Under the pieces are notes generated by a model. It did no database searches, was not told where the DNA came from, and worked only from the letters and a program-made list of their open reading frames with translations. Source: Eledone cirrhosa (taxonomy: Eukaryota). From it: 64,000 nt of DNA. Within the stretch, counting starts at the first letter, position 1, and every line of letters begins with the position of its first letter. The translations under genes were made by a program, and so were the position numbers. Shown one piece after another: positions 15,201 through 29,099 of the stretch. The stretch spans positions 19,716,001-19,780,000 of the forward strand of contig OZ024740.1 in NCBI GenBank assembly GCA_964016885.1, in the 5' to 3' direction.

Positions 15201-17747
15201 CTAAACACTGATGCAGTGTCCCGACAGATAACAACTGATGCAGTGTCCCGACAGCTAACAACTGATGCAGTGTCTCGACAGCTAACAACTGATGCAGTGT
15301 CCTCTCGACAGCTAACAACTGATGCAGTGTCCCGACAGCTAACAACTGATGCAGTGTCCTCTCGACAGCTAACAACTGATGCAGTGTCCTGACAGCTGAC
15401 AACTGATGCAGTGTCTCGACAGCTAACAACTGATGCAGTGTCTCGACAGCTAACAACTGATGCAGTGTCTCGACAGCTAACAACTTATGCAGTGTGCTCT
15501 CGACAGCTAACAACTGATGCAGTGTCCTCTCGACAGCTAACAACTGATGCAGTGCCCGCTCGATCTCTAACAACTGATGCAGTGTCCCAACAGCTAACAA
15601 CTGATGCAGTGTCTCGACAGCTAACAACTGATGCAGTGTCTCGACAGCTAACAACTGATGCAGTGTCCTCTCGACAGCTAACAACTGATGCAGTGTCCCG
15701 ACAGCTAACAACTGATGCAGTGTCCTCTCGACAGCTAACAACTGATGCAGTGTCCCGACAGCTAACAACTGATGCAGTGTCCTCTCGACAGCTAACAACT
15801 GATGCAGTGTCCTCTCGACAGCTAACAACTGATGCAGTGTCTCAAGAGCTAACAACTAATGCAGTGTGCCGACAGCTAACAACTGATGCAGTGTCCTCTC
15901 GACAGCTAACAACTGATGCAGTGTCTCGACAGCTAACAACTGATGCAGTGTCTCGACAGCTAATAACTGATGCAGTGTCCTCTCGACAGCTAACAACTGA
16001 TGCAGTGTCTCGACAGCTAACAACTGATGCAGTGTCTCGACAGCTAACAACTGATGCAGTGTCCCGACAGCTAACAACTGATGCAGTGTCCTCTCGACAG
16101 CTAACAACTGATGCAGTGTCCCGACAGCTGACAACTGATGCAGTGTCCTCTCGACAGCTAACAACTGATGCAGTGTCCTCTCGACAGCTAACAATTGATG
16201 CAGTGTCTCAAGAGCTAACAACTGATGCAGTGTCCCGACAGCTAACAACTGATGCAGTGTCCTCTCGACAGCTAACAACTGATGCAGTGTCTCGACAGCT
16301 AACAACTGATGCAGTGTCCTGACAGCTGACAACTGATGCAGTGTCCTCTCGACAGCTAACAACTGATGCAGTATCCTCTCGACAGCTAACAACTGATGCA
16401 GTATCCCAACAGCTAACAACTGATGCAGTGTCTCGACAGCTAACAACTGATGCAGTGTCCTCTCGACAGCTAACAACTGATGCAGTGTCCTCTCGACAGC
16501 TAACAACTGATGCAGTGTCTCGACAGCTAACAACTGATGCAGTGTCTCGACAGCTAACAGCTGATGCAGTGTCTCGACAGCTAACAACTGTTGCAGTGTC
16601 CTCTCGACAGTTAACAACTGATGCAGTGTCCTCTCGACAGCTAACAACTGATGCAGTGTCTCGACAGCTAACAACTTATGCAGTGTCCCGACAGCTATCA
16701 ACTGATGCAGTGTCCTCTCGACAGCTAACAACTGATGCAGTGTCTCGACAGCTAACAACTGATGCAGTGTCCTCTCGACAGCTAACAACTGATGCTGTGT
16801 CCCAACAGCTAACAACTAATGCAGTGTCCTCTCGACGACAGCTAACAACTGATGCAGTGATTCGACATCTAACAACTGATGCAGTGTCCTCTCAACAGCT
16901 AACAACTGATGCAGTGTCCCGACAGCTAACAACTGATGCAGTGTCCTCTCGACAGCAAACAACTGATGCAGTATCCCGACAGCTAACAACTGATGCAGTG
17001 TCCTCTCGACAGCTAACAACTGATGCAGTGTCCTCTCGACAGCTAACAACTGATGCAGTGTCCCGACAGCTAACAACTGATGCAGTGTCCTCTCGACAGC
17101 TAACAACTGATGCAGTGTCCCGACAGCTAATAACTGATGCAGTGTCCCGACAGCTAACAACTGATGCAGTGTCCCGACAGCTAACAACTGATGCAGTGTC
17201 TCGACAGCTAACAACTGATGCAGTGTCTCGACAGCTAACAACTGATGCAGTGTCCTTCCGACAGCTAACAACTGATGCAGTGTCCTCTCGACAGCTAACA
17301 ACTGATGCAGTGATTCGACAGCTAACAACTGATGCAGTGTCCTCTCGACAGCTAACAACTGATGCAGTGTCCCGACAGCTAACAACTGATGCAGTGTCCT
17401 CTCGACAGCTAACAACTGATGCAGTGTCCTCTCGACAGCTAACAACTGATGCAGTGTCCTCTCGACAGCTAACAACTGATGCAGTGTCCTCTCGACAGCT
17501 AACAACTGATGCAGTGTCCCGACAGCTAACAACTGATGCAGTGTCCTCTCGACAGCTAAACACTGATGCAGTGTCCCGACAGCTAACAACTGATGCAGAG
17601 TCCCGACAGATAACACCTGATGCAGTGTCTCGACAGCTAACAACTGATGCAGTGTCCTCTCGACAGCTAACAACTAATGCAGTGTCCCGACAGCTAACAA
17701 CTGATGCAGTGTCCTCTCGACAGCTAACAACTGATGCAGTGTCCTGA
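6267..17747 (+). repeat. Higher-order repeat: units of 4281 bp (6267-10547), 2979 bp (internally deleted, 10548-13526) and 4221 bp (13527-17747)
   Basis: Stop-codon markers at 6266, 6749, 7205, 7622, 8132 and 9062 recur at exactly +7260 (13526, 14009, 14465, 14882, 15392, 16322). Markers at 8132 and 9062 also recur at +3009. Confidence 0.9.
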
Positions 17748-20700
17748 CAGCTGACAACTGATGCAGTGTCTCGACAGCTAACAACTGATGCAGTGTCCTC
17801 TCGACAGCTAACAATAGATGCAGTGTCCCGACAGCTAACAACGGATGCAGTGGCCTCTCGACAGCTAACAACTGATGCAGTGTCCTCTCGACAGCTAACA
17901 ACTGATGCAGTGTCTCGACAGCTAACAACTGATGCAGTGTCTCGACAGCTAACAACTGATGCAGTGTCTCGACAGCTAACAACTTATGCAGTGTCCTCTC
18001 GACAGCTAACAACTGATGCAGTGTCCTCTCGACAGCTAACAACTGATGCAGTGCCCGCTCGAACTCTAACAACTGATGCAGTGTCCCAACAGCTAACAAC
18101 TGATGCAGTGTGTCGACAGCTAACAACTGATGCAGTGTCTCGACAGCTAACAACTGATGCAGTGTCCTCTCGACAGCTAACAACTGATGCAGTGTCTCGA
18201 CAGCTAACAACTGATGCAGTGTCCTGACAGCTGACAACTGATGCAGTGTCTCGACAGCTAACAACTGATGCAGTGTCCTCTCGACAGCTAACAACTGATG
18301 CAGTGTCTCGACAGCTAACAACTGATGCAGTGTCTCGACAGCTAACAACTGATGCAGTGTCCCGACAGCTAACAACTGATGCAGTGTCCTCTCGACAGCT
18401 AACAACTGATGCAGTGTCCCGACAGCTGACAACTGATGCAGTGTCCTCTCGACAGCTAACAACTGATGCAGTGTCCTCTCGACAGCTAACAATTGATGCA
18501 GTGTCTCAAGAGCTAACAACTGATGCAGTGTCCCGACAGCTAACAACTGATGCAGTGTCCTCTCGACAGCTAACAACTGATGCAGTGTCTCGACAGCTAA
18601 CAACTGATGCAGTGTCCTGACAGCTGACAACTGATGCAGTGTCCTCTCGACAGCTAACAACTGATGCAGTATCCTCTCGACAGCTAACAACTGATGCAGT
18701 GTCCCAACAGCTAACAACTGATGCAGTGTCTCGACAGCTAACAACTGATGCAGTGTCCTCTCGACAGCTAACAACTGATGCAGTGTCCTCTCGACAGCTA
18801 ACAACTGATGCAGTGTCTCGACAGCTAACAACTGATGCAGTGTCTCGACAGCTAACAACTGATGCAGTGTCTCGACAGCTAACAACTGTTGCAGTGTCCT
18901 CTCGACAGTTAACAACTGATGCAGTGTCCTCTCGACAGCTAAACACTGATTCAGTGTCCCGACAGATAACAACTGATGCAGTGTCCCGACAGCTAACAAC
19001 TGATGCAGTGTCTCGACAGCTAACAACTGATGCAGTGTCCTCTCGACAGCTAACAACTGATGCAGTGTCCCGACAGCTAACAACTGATGCAGTGTCCTCT
19101 CGACAGCTAACAACTGATGCAGTGTCCTGACAGCTGACAACTGATGCAGTGTCTCGACAGCTAACAACTGATGCAGTGTCTCGACAGCTAACAACTGATG
19201 CAGTGTCTCGACAGCTAACAACTTATGCAGTGTGCTCTCGACAGCTAACAACTGATGCAGTGTCCTCTCGACAGCTAACAACTGATGCAGTGCCCGCTCG
19301 AACTCTAACAACTGATGCAGTGTCCCAACAGCTAACAACTGATGCAGTGTCTCGACAGCTAACAACTGATGCAGTGTCCTCTCGACAGCTAACAACTGAT
19401 GCAGTGTCCCGACAGCTAACAACTGATGCAGTGTCCTCTCGACAGCTAACAACTGATGCAGTGTCCCGACAGCTAACAACTGATGCAGTGTCCTCTCGAC
19501 AGCTAACAACTGATGCAGTGTCCTCTCGACAGCTAACAACTGATGCAGTGTCTCAAGAGCTAACAACTAATGCAGTGTGCCGACAGCTAACAACTGATGC
19601 AGTGTCCTCTCGACAGCTAACAACTGATGCAGTGTCTCGACAGCTAACAACTGATGCAGTGTCTCGACAGCTAACAACTGATGCAGTGTCCTCTCGACAG
19701 CTAACAACTGATGCAGTGTCTCGACAGCTAACAACTGATGCAGTGTCTCGACAGCTAACAACTGATGCAGTGTCCCGACAGCTAACAACTGATGCAGTGT
19801 CCTCTCGACAGCTAACAACTGATGCAGTGTCCTGACAGCTGACAACTGATGCAGTGTCCTCTCGACAGCTAACAACTGATGCAGTATCCTCTCGACAGCT
19901 AACAACTGATGCAGTGTCCCGACAGCTAACAACTGATGCAGTGTCCTCTCGACAGCTAACAACTGATGCAGTGTCTCGACAGCTAACAACTGATGCAGTG
20001 TCCTGACAGCTGACAACTGATGCAGTGTCCTCTCGACAGCTAACAACTGATGCAGTGTCCTCTCGACAGCTAACAACTGATGCAGTGCCCGCTCGAACTC
20101 TAACAACTGATGCAGTGTCCCAACAGCTAACAACTGATGCAGTGTGTCGACAGCTAACAACTGATGCAGTGTCTCGACAGCTAACAACTGATGCAGTGTC
20201 CTCTCGACAGCTAACAACTGATGCAGTGTCTCGACAGCTAACAACTGATGCAGTGTCCTGACAGCTGACAACTGATGCAGTGTCTCGACAGCTAACAACT
20301 GATGCAGTGTCCTCTCGACAGCTAACAACTGATGCAGTGTCTCGACAGCTAACAACTGATGCAGTGTCTCGACAGCTAACAACTGATGCAGTGTCCCGAC
20401 AGCTAACAACTGATGCAGTGTCCTCTCGACAGCTAACAACTGATGCAGTGTCCCGACAGCTGACAACTGATGCAGTGTCCTCTCGACAGCTAACAACTGA
20501 TGCAGTGTCCTCTCGACAGCTAACAATTGATGCAGTGTCTCAAGAGCTAACAACTGATGCAGTGTCCCGACAGCTAACAACTGATGCATTGTCCTCTCGA
20601 CAGCTAACAACTGATGCAGTGTCTCGACAGCTAACAACTGATGCAGTGTCCTGACAGCTGACAACTGATGCAGTGTCCTCTCGACAGCTAACAACTGATG

Positions 20701-23700
20701 CAGTATCCTCTCGACAGCTAACAACTGATGCAGTGTCCCAACAGCTAACAACTGATGCAGTGTCTCGACAGCTAACAACTGATGCAGTGCCCTCTCGACA
20801 GCTAACAACTGATGCAGTGTCCTCTCGACAGCTAACAACTGATGCAGTGTCTCGACAGCTAAAAACTGATGCAGTGTCTCGACAGCTAACAACTGATGCA
20901 GTGTCTCGACAGCTAACAACTGTTGCAGTGTCCTCTCGACAGTTAACAACTGATGCAGTGTCCTCTCGACAGCTAAACACTGATGCAGAGTCCCGACAGA
21001 TAACAACTGATGCAGTGTCCCGACAGCTAACAGCTGATGCAGTGTCTCGACAGCTAACAACTGATGCAGTGTCCTCTCGACAGCTAACAACTGATGCAGT
21101 GTCCCGACAGCTAACAACTGATGCAGTGTCCTCTCGACAGCTAACAACTGATGCAGTGTCCTGACAGCTAACAACTTATGCAGTGTGCTCTCGACAGCTA
21201 ACAACTGATGCAGTGTCCTCTCGACAGCTAACAACTGATGCAGTGCCCGCTCAAACTCTAACAACTGATGCAGTGTCCCAACAGCTAACAACTGATGCAG
21301 TGTCTCGACAGCTAACAACTGATGCAGTGTCTCGACAGCTAACAACTGATGCAGTGTCCTCTCGACAGCTAACAACTGATGCAGTGTCCCGACAGCTAAC
21401 AACTGATGCAGTGTCCTCTCAACAGCTAACAACTGATGCAGTGTCCCGACAGCTAACAACTGATGCAGTGTCCTCTCGACAGCTAACAACTGATGCAGTG
21501 TCCTCTCGACAGCTAACAACTGATGCAGTGTCTCAAGAGCTAACAACTAATGCAGTGTGCCGACAGCTAACAACTGATGCAGTGTCCTCTCGACAGCTAA
21601 CAACTGATGCAGTGTCTCGACAGCTAACAACTGATGCAGTGTCTCGACAGCTAACAACTGATGCAGTGTCCTCTCGACAGCTAACAACTGATGCAGTGTC
21701 TCGACAGCTAACAACTGATGCAGTGTCTCGACAGCTAACAACTGATGCAGTGTCCCGACAGCTAACAACTGATGCAGTGTCCTCTCAACAGCTAACAACT
21801 GATGCAGTGTCCCGACAGCTGACAACTGATGCAGTGTCCTCTCGACAGCTAACAACTGATGCAGTGTCCTCTCGACAGCTAACAATTGATGCAGTGTCTC
21901 AAGAGCTAACAACTGATGCAGTGTCCCGACAGCTAACAACTGATGCAGTGTCCTCTCGACAGCTAACAACTGATGCAGTGTCTCGACAGCTAACAACTGA
22001 TGCAGTGTCCTGACAGCTGACAACTGATGCAGTGTCCTCTCGACAGCTAACAACTGATGCAGTATCCTCTCGACAGCTAACAACTGATGCAGTATCCCAA
22101 CAGCTAACAACTGATGCAGTGTCTCGACAGCTAACAACTGATGCAGTGTCCTCTCGACAGCTAACAACTGATGCAGTGTCCTCTCGACAGCTAACAACTG
22201 ATGCAGTGTCTCGACAGCTAACAACTGATGCAGTGTCTCGACAGCTAACAGCTGATGCAGTGTCTCGACAGCTCACAACTGTTGCAGTGTCCTCTCGACA
22301 GTTAACAACTGATGCAGTGTCCTCTCGACAGCTAACAACTGATGCAGTGTCTCGACAGCTAACAACTTATGCAGTGTCCCGACAGCTATCAACTGATGCA
22401 GTGTCCTCTCGACAGTTAACAACTGATGCAGTGTCTCGACAGCTAACAACTGATGCAGTGTCCTCTCGACAGCTAACAACTGATGCTGTGTCCCAACAGC
22501 TAACAACTAATGCAGTGTCCTCTCGACGACAGCTAACAACTGATGCAGTGATTCGATATCTAACAACTGATGCAGTGTCCTCTCGACAGCTAACAACTGA
22601 TGCAGTGTCCCGACAGCTAACAACTGATGCAGTGTCCTCTCGACAGCAAACAACTGATGCAGTATCCCGACAGCTAACAACTGATGCAGTGTCCCGACAG
22701 CTAACAACTGATGCAGTGTCCTTTCGACAGCTAACAACCGATGCAGTGTCCCGACAGCTAACAACTGATGCAGTGTCTCGACAGCTAACAACTGATGCAG
22801 TGTCTCGACAGCTAACAACTGATGCAGTGTCCTTCCGACAGCTAACAACTGATGCAGTGTCCTCTCGACAGCTAACAACTGATGCAGTGATTCGACAGCT
22901 AACAACTGATGCAGTGTCCTCTCGACAGCTAACAACTGATGCAGTGATTCGACATCTAACAACTGATACAGTGTCCTCTCGACAGCTAACAACTGATGCA
23001 TTGTCCCGACAGCTAACAACTGATGCAGTGTCCTCTCGACAGCTAACAACTGATGCAGTGTCCTCTCGACAGCTAACAACTGATGCAGTGTCCTCTCGAC
23101 AGCTAACAACTGATGCAGTGTCCTCTCGACAGCTAACAACTGATGCAGTGTCCTCTCGACAGCTAACAACTGAAGCAGTGTCCTCTCGACAGCTAACAAC
23201 TGATGCAGTGTCCCGACAGCTAACAACTGATGCAGTGTCCTCTCGACAGCTAAACACTGATGCAGTGTCCCGACAGCTAACAACTGATGCAGTGTCCCGA
23301 CAGATAACACCTGATGCAGTGTCTCTACAGCTAACAACTGATGCAGTGTCCTCTCGACAGCTAACAACTAATGCAGTGTCCCGACAGCTAACAACTGATG
23401 CAGTGTCCTCTCGACAGCTAACAACTGATGCAGTGTCCTGACAGCTGACAACTGATGCAGTGTCCCGACAGCTAACAACTGATACAGTGTCCTCTCGACA
23501 GCTAACAACAGATGCAGTGTCCCGACAGCTAACAACGGATGCAGTGGCCTCTCGACAGCTAACAACTGATGCAGTGTCCTCTCGACAGCTAACAACTGAT
23601 GCAGTGTCTCGACAGCTAACAACTGATGCAGTGTCTCGACAGCTAACAACTGATGCAGTGTCTCGACAGCTAACAACTTATGCAGTGTCCTCTCGACAGC

Positions 23701-26700
23701 TAACAACTGATGCAGTGTCCTCTCGACAGCTAACAACTGATGCAGTGCCCGCTCGAACTCTAACAACTGATGCAGTGTCCCAACAGCTAACAACTGATGC
23801 AGTGTGTCGACAGCTAACAACTGATGCAGTGTCTCGACAGCTAACAACTGATGCAGTGTCCTCTCGACAGCTAACAACTGATGCAGTGTCTCGACAGCTA
23901 ACAACTGATGCAGTGTCCTGACAGCTGACAACTGATGCAGTGTCTCGACAGCTAACAACTGATGCAGTGTCCTCTCGACAACTAACAACTGATGCAGTGT
24001 CTCGACAGCTAACAACTGATGCAGTGTCTCGACAGCTAACAACTGATGCAGTGTCCCGACAGCTAACAACTGATGCAGTGTCCTCTCGACAGCTAACAAC
24101 TGATGCAGTGTCCCGACAGCTGACAACTGATGCAGTGTCCTCTCGACAGCTAACAACTGATGCAGTGTCCTCTCGACAGCTAACAATTGATGCAGTGTCT
24201 CAAGAGCTAACAACTGATGCAGTGTCCCGACAGCTAACAACTGATGCAGTGTCCTCTCGACAGCTAACAACTGATGCAGTGTCCTCTCGACAGCTAACAA
24301 CTGATGCAGTATCTCGACAGCTAACAACTGATGCAGTGTCCTGACAGCTGACAACTGATGCAGTGTCCTCTCGACAGCTAACAACTGATGCAGTGTCTCG
24401 ACAGCTAACAACTGATGCAGTGTCTCGACAGCTAACAACTGATGCAGTGTCTCGACAGCTAACAACTTATGCAGTGTGCTCTCGACAGCTAACAACTGAT
24501 GCAGTGTCCTCTCGACAGCTAACAACTGATGCAGTGCCCGCTCGAACTCTAACAACTGATGCAGTGTCCCAACAGCTAACAACTGATGCAGTGTCTCGAC
24601 AGCTAACAACTGATGCAGTGTCTCGACAGCTAACAACTGATGCAGTGTCCTCTCGACAGCTAACAACTGATGCAGTGTCCCGACAGCTAACAACTGATGC
24701 AGTGTCCTCTCGACAGCTAACAACTGATGCAGTGTCCCGACAGCTAACAACTGATGCAGTGTCCTCTCGACAGCTAACAACTGATGCAGTGTCCTCTCGA
24801 CAGCTAACAACTGATGCAGTGTCTCAAGAGCTAACAACTAATGCAGTGTGCCGACAGCTAACAACTGATGCAGTGTCCTCTCGACAGCTAACAACTGATG
24901 CAGTGTCTCGACAGCTAACAACTGATGCAGTGTCTCGACAGCTAACAACTGATGCAGTGTCCTCTCGACAGCTAACAACTGATGCAGTGTCCCGACAGCT
25001 AACAATTGATGCAGTGTCTCGACAGCTAACAACTGATGCAGTGTCCCGACAGCTAACAACTGATGCAGTGTCCTCTCGACAGCTAACAACTGATGCAGTG
25101 TCCCGACAGCTGACAACTGATGCAGTGTCCTCTCGACAGCTAACAACTGATGCAGTGTCCTCTCGACAGCTAACAATTGATGCAGTGTCTCAAGAGCTAA
25201 CAACTGATGCAGTGTCCCGACAGCTAACAACTGATGCAGTGTCCTCTCGACAGCTAACAACTGATGCAGTGTCTCGACAGCTAACAACTGATGCAGTGTC
25301 CTGACAGCTGACAACTGATGCAGTGTCCTCTCGACAGCTAACAACTGATGCAGTATCCTTTCGACAGCTAACAACTGATGCAGTATCCCAACAGCTAACA
25401 ACTGATGCAGTGTCTCGACAGCTAACAACTGATGCAGTGTCCTCTCGACAGCTAACAACTGATGCAGTGTCCTCTCGACAGCTAACAACTGATGCAGTGT
25501 CTCGACAGCTAACAACTGATGCAGTGTCCCGACAGTTAACAACTGATGCAGTGTCCTCTCGACAGCTAACAACTGATGCAGTGTCCCGACAGCTGACAAC
25601 TGATGCAGTGTCCTCTCGACAGCTAACAACTGATGCAGTGTCCTCTCGACAGCTAACAATTGATGCAGTGTCTCAAGAGCTAACAACTGATGCAGTGTCC
25701 CGACAGCTAACAACTGATGCAGTGTCCTCTCGACAGCTAACAACTGATGCAGTGTCTCGACAGCTAACAACTGATGCAGTGTCCTGACAGCTGACAACTG
25801 ATGCAGTGTCCTCTCGACAGCTAACAACTGATGCAGTATCCTCTCGACAGCTAACAACTGATGCAGTATCCCAACAGCTAACAACTGATGCAGTGTCTCG
25901 ACAGCTAACAACTGATGCAGTGTCCTCTCGACAGCTAACAACTGATGCAGTGTCCTCTCGACAGCTAACAACTGATGCAGTGTCTCGACAGCTAACAACT
26001 GATGCAGTGTCTCGACAGCTAACAGCTGATGCAGTGTCTCGACAGCTAACAACTGTTGCAGTGTCCTCTCGACAGTTAACAACTGATGCAGTGTCCTCTC
26101 GACAGCTAACAACTGATGCAGTGTCTCGACAGCTAACAACTTATGCAGTGTCCCGACAGCTAACAACTGATGCAGTGTCCTCTCGACAGCTAACAACTGA
26201 TGCTGTGTCCCAACAGCTAACAACTAATGCAGTGTCCTCTCGACGACAGCTAACAACTGATGCAGTGATTCGACATCTAACAACTGATGCAGTGTCCTCT
26301 CGACAGCTAACAACTGATGCAGTGTCCCGACAGCTAACAACTGATGCAGTGTCCTCTCGACAGCAAACAACTGATGCAGTATCCCGACAGCTAACAACTG
26401 ATGCAGTGTCCTCTCGACAGCTAACAACTGATGCAGTGTCCTCTCGACAGCTAACAACTGATGCAGTGTCCCGACAGCTAACAACTGATGCAGTGTCCTC
26501 TCGACAGCTAACAACTGATGCAGTGTCCCGACAGCTAACAACTGATGCAGTGTCTCGACAGCTAACAACTGATGCAGTGTCTCGACAGCTAACAACTGAT
26601 GCAGTGTCCTTCCGACAGCTAACAACTGATGCAGTGTCCTCTCGACAGCTAACAACTGATGCAGTGATTCGACAGCTAACAACTGATGCAGTGTCCTCTC

Positions 26701-29099
26701 GACAGCTAACAACTGATGCAGTGATTCGACATCTAACAACTGATACAGTGTCCTCTCGACAGCTAACAACTGATGCAGTGTCCCGACAGCTAACAACTGA
26801 TGCAGTGTCCTCTCGACAGCTAACAACTGATGCAGTGTCCTCTCGACAGCTAACAACTGATGCAGTGTCCTCTCGACAGCTAACAACTGATGCAGTGTCC
26901 TCTCGACAGCTAACAACTGATGCAGTGTCCTCTCGACAGCTAACAACTGAAGCAGTGTCCTCTCGACAGCTAACAACTGATGCAGTGTCCCGACAGCTAA
27001 CAACTGATGCAGTGTCCTCTCGACAGCTAAACACTGATGCAGTGTCCCGACAGCTAACAACTGATGCAGTGTCCCGACAGATAACACCTGATGCAGTGTC
27101 TCGACAGCTAACAACTGATGCAGTGTCCTCTCGACAGCTAACAATTAATGCAGTGTCCCGACAGCTAACAACTGATGCAGTGTCCTCTCGACAGCTAACA
27201 ACTGATGCAGTGTCCTGACAGCTGACAACTGATGCAGTGTCTCGACAGCTAACAACTGATACAGTGTCCTCTCGACAGCTAACAACAGATGCAGTGTCCC
27301 GACAGCTAACAACGGATGCAGTGGCCTCTCGACAGCTAACAACTGATGCAGTGTCCTCTCGACAGCTAACAACTGATGCAGTGTCTCGACAGCTAACAAC
27401 TGATGCAGTGTCCTGACAGCTGACAATTGATGCAGTGTCTCGACAGCTAACAACTGATGCAGTGTCTCGACAGCTAACAACTGATGCAGTGTCTCGACAG
27501 CTAACACCTGATGCAGTGTCCCGACAGCTAACAACTGATGCAGTGTCCTCTCGACAGCTAACAACTGATGCAGTGTCCCGACAGCTGACAACTGATGCAG
27601 TGTCCTCTCGACAGCTAACAACTGATGCAGTGTCCTCTCGACAGCTAACAATTGATGCAGTGTCTCAAGAGCTAACAACTGATGCAGTGTCCCGACAGCT
27701 AACAACTGATGCAGTGTCCTCTCGACAGCTAACAACTGATGCAGTGTCTCGACAGCTAACAACTGATGCAGTGTCCTGACAGCTGACAACTGATGCAGTG
27801 TCCTCTCGACAGCTAACAACTGATGCAGTATCCTCTCGACAGCTAACAACTGATGCAGTGTCCCAACAGCTAACAACTGATGCAGTGTCTCGACAGCTAA
27901 CAACTGATGCAGTGTCCTCTCGACAGCTAACAACTGATGCAGTGTCCTCTCGACAGCTAACATCTGATGCAGTGTCTCGACAGCTAACAACTGATGCAGT
28001 GTCTCGACAGCTAACAACTGATGCAGTGTCTCGACAGCTAACAACTGATGCAGTGTCTCGACAGCTAACAACTTATGCAGTGTGCTCTCGACAGCTAACA
28101 ACTGATGCAGTGTCCTCTCGACAGCTAACAACTGATGCAGTGCCCGCTCGAACTCTAACAACTGATGCAGTGTCCCAACAGCTAACAACTGATGCAGTGT
28201 CTCGACAGCTAACAACTGATGCAGTGTCTCGACAGCTAACAACTGATGCAGTGTCCTCTCGACAGCTAACAACTGATGCAGTGTCCCGACAGCTAACAAC
28301 TGATGCAGTGTCCTCTCGACAGCTAACAACTGATGCAGTGTCCCGACAGCTAACAACTGATGCAGTGTCCTCTCGACAGCTAACAACTGATGCACTGTCC
28401 TCTCGACAGCTAACAACTGATGCAGTGTCTCAAGAGCTAACAACTAATGCAGTGTGCCGACAGCTAACAACTGATGCAGTGTCCTCTCGACAGCTAACAA
28501 CTGATGCAGTGTCTCGACAGCTAACAACTGATGCAGTGTCTCGACAGCTAACAACTGATGCAGTGTCCTCTCGACAGCTAACAACTGATGCAGTGTCCCG
28601 ACAGCTAACAATTGATGCAGTGTCTCGACAGCTAACAACTGATGCAGTGTCCCTACAGCTAACAACTGATGCAGTGTCCTCTCGACAGCTAACAACTGAT
28701 GCAGTGTCCCGACAGCTGACAACTGATGCAGTGTCCTCTCGACAGCTAACAACTGATGCAGTGTCCTCTCGACAGCTAACAATTGATGCAGTGTCTCAAG
28801 AGCTAACAACTGATGCAGTGTCCCGACAGCTAACAACTGATGCAGTGTCCTCTCGACAGCTAACAACTGATGCAGTGTCTCGACAGCTAACAACTGATGC
28901 AGTGTCCTGACAGCTGACAACTGATGCAGTGTCCTCTCGACAGCTAACAACTGATGCAGTATCCTTTCGACAGCTAACAACTGATGCAGTATCCCAACAG
29001 CTAACAACTGATGCAGTGTCTCGACAGCTAACAACTGATGCAGTGTCCTCTCGACAGCTAACAACTGATGCAGTGTCCCAACAGCTAACAACTGATACA

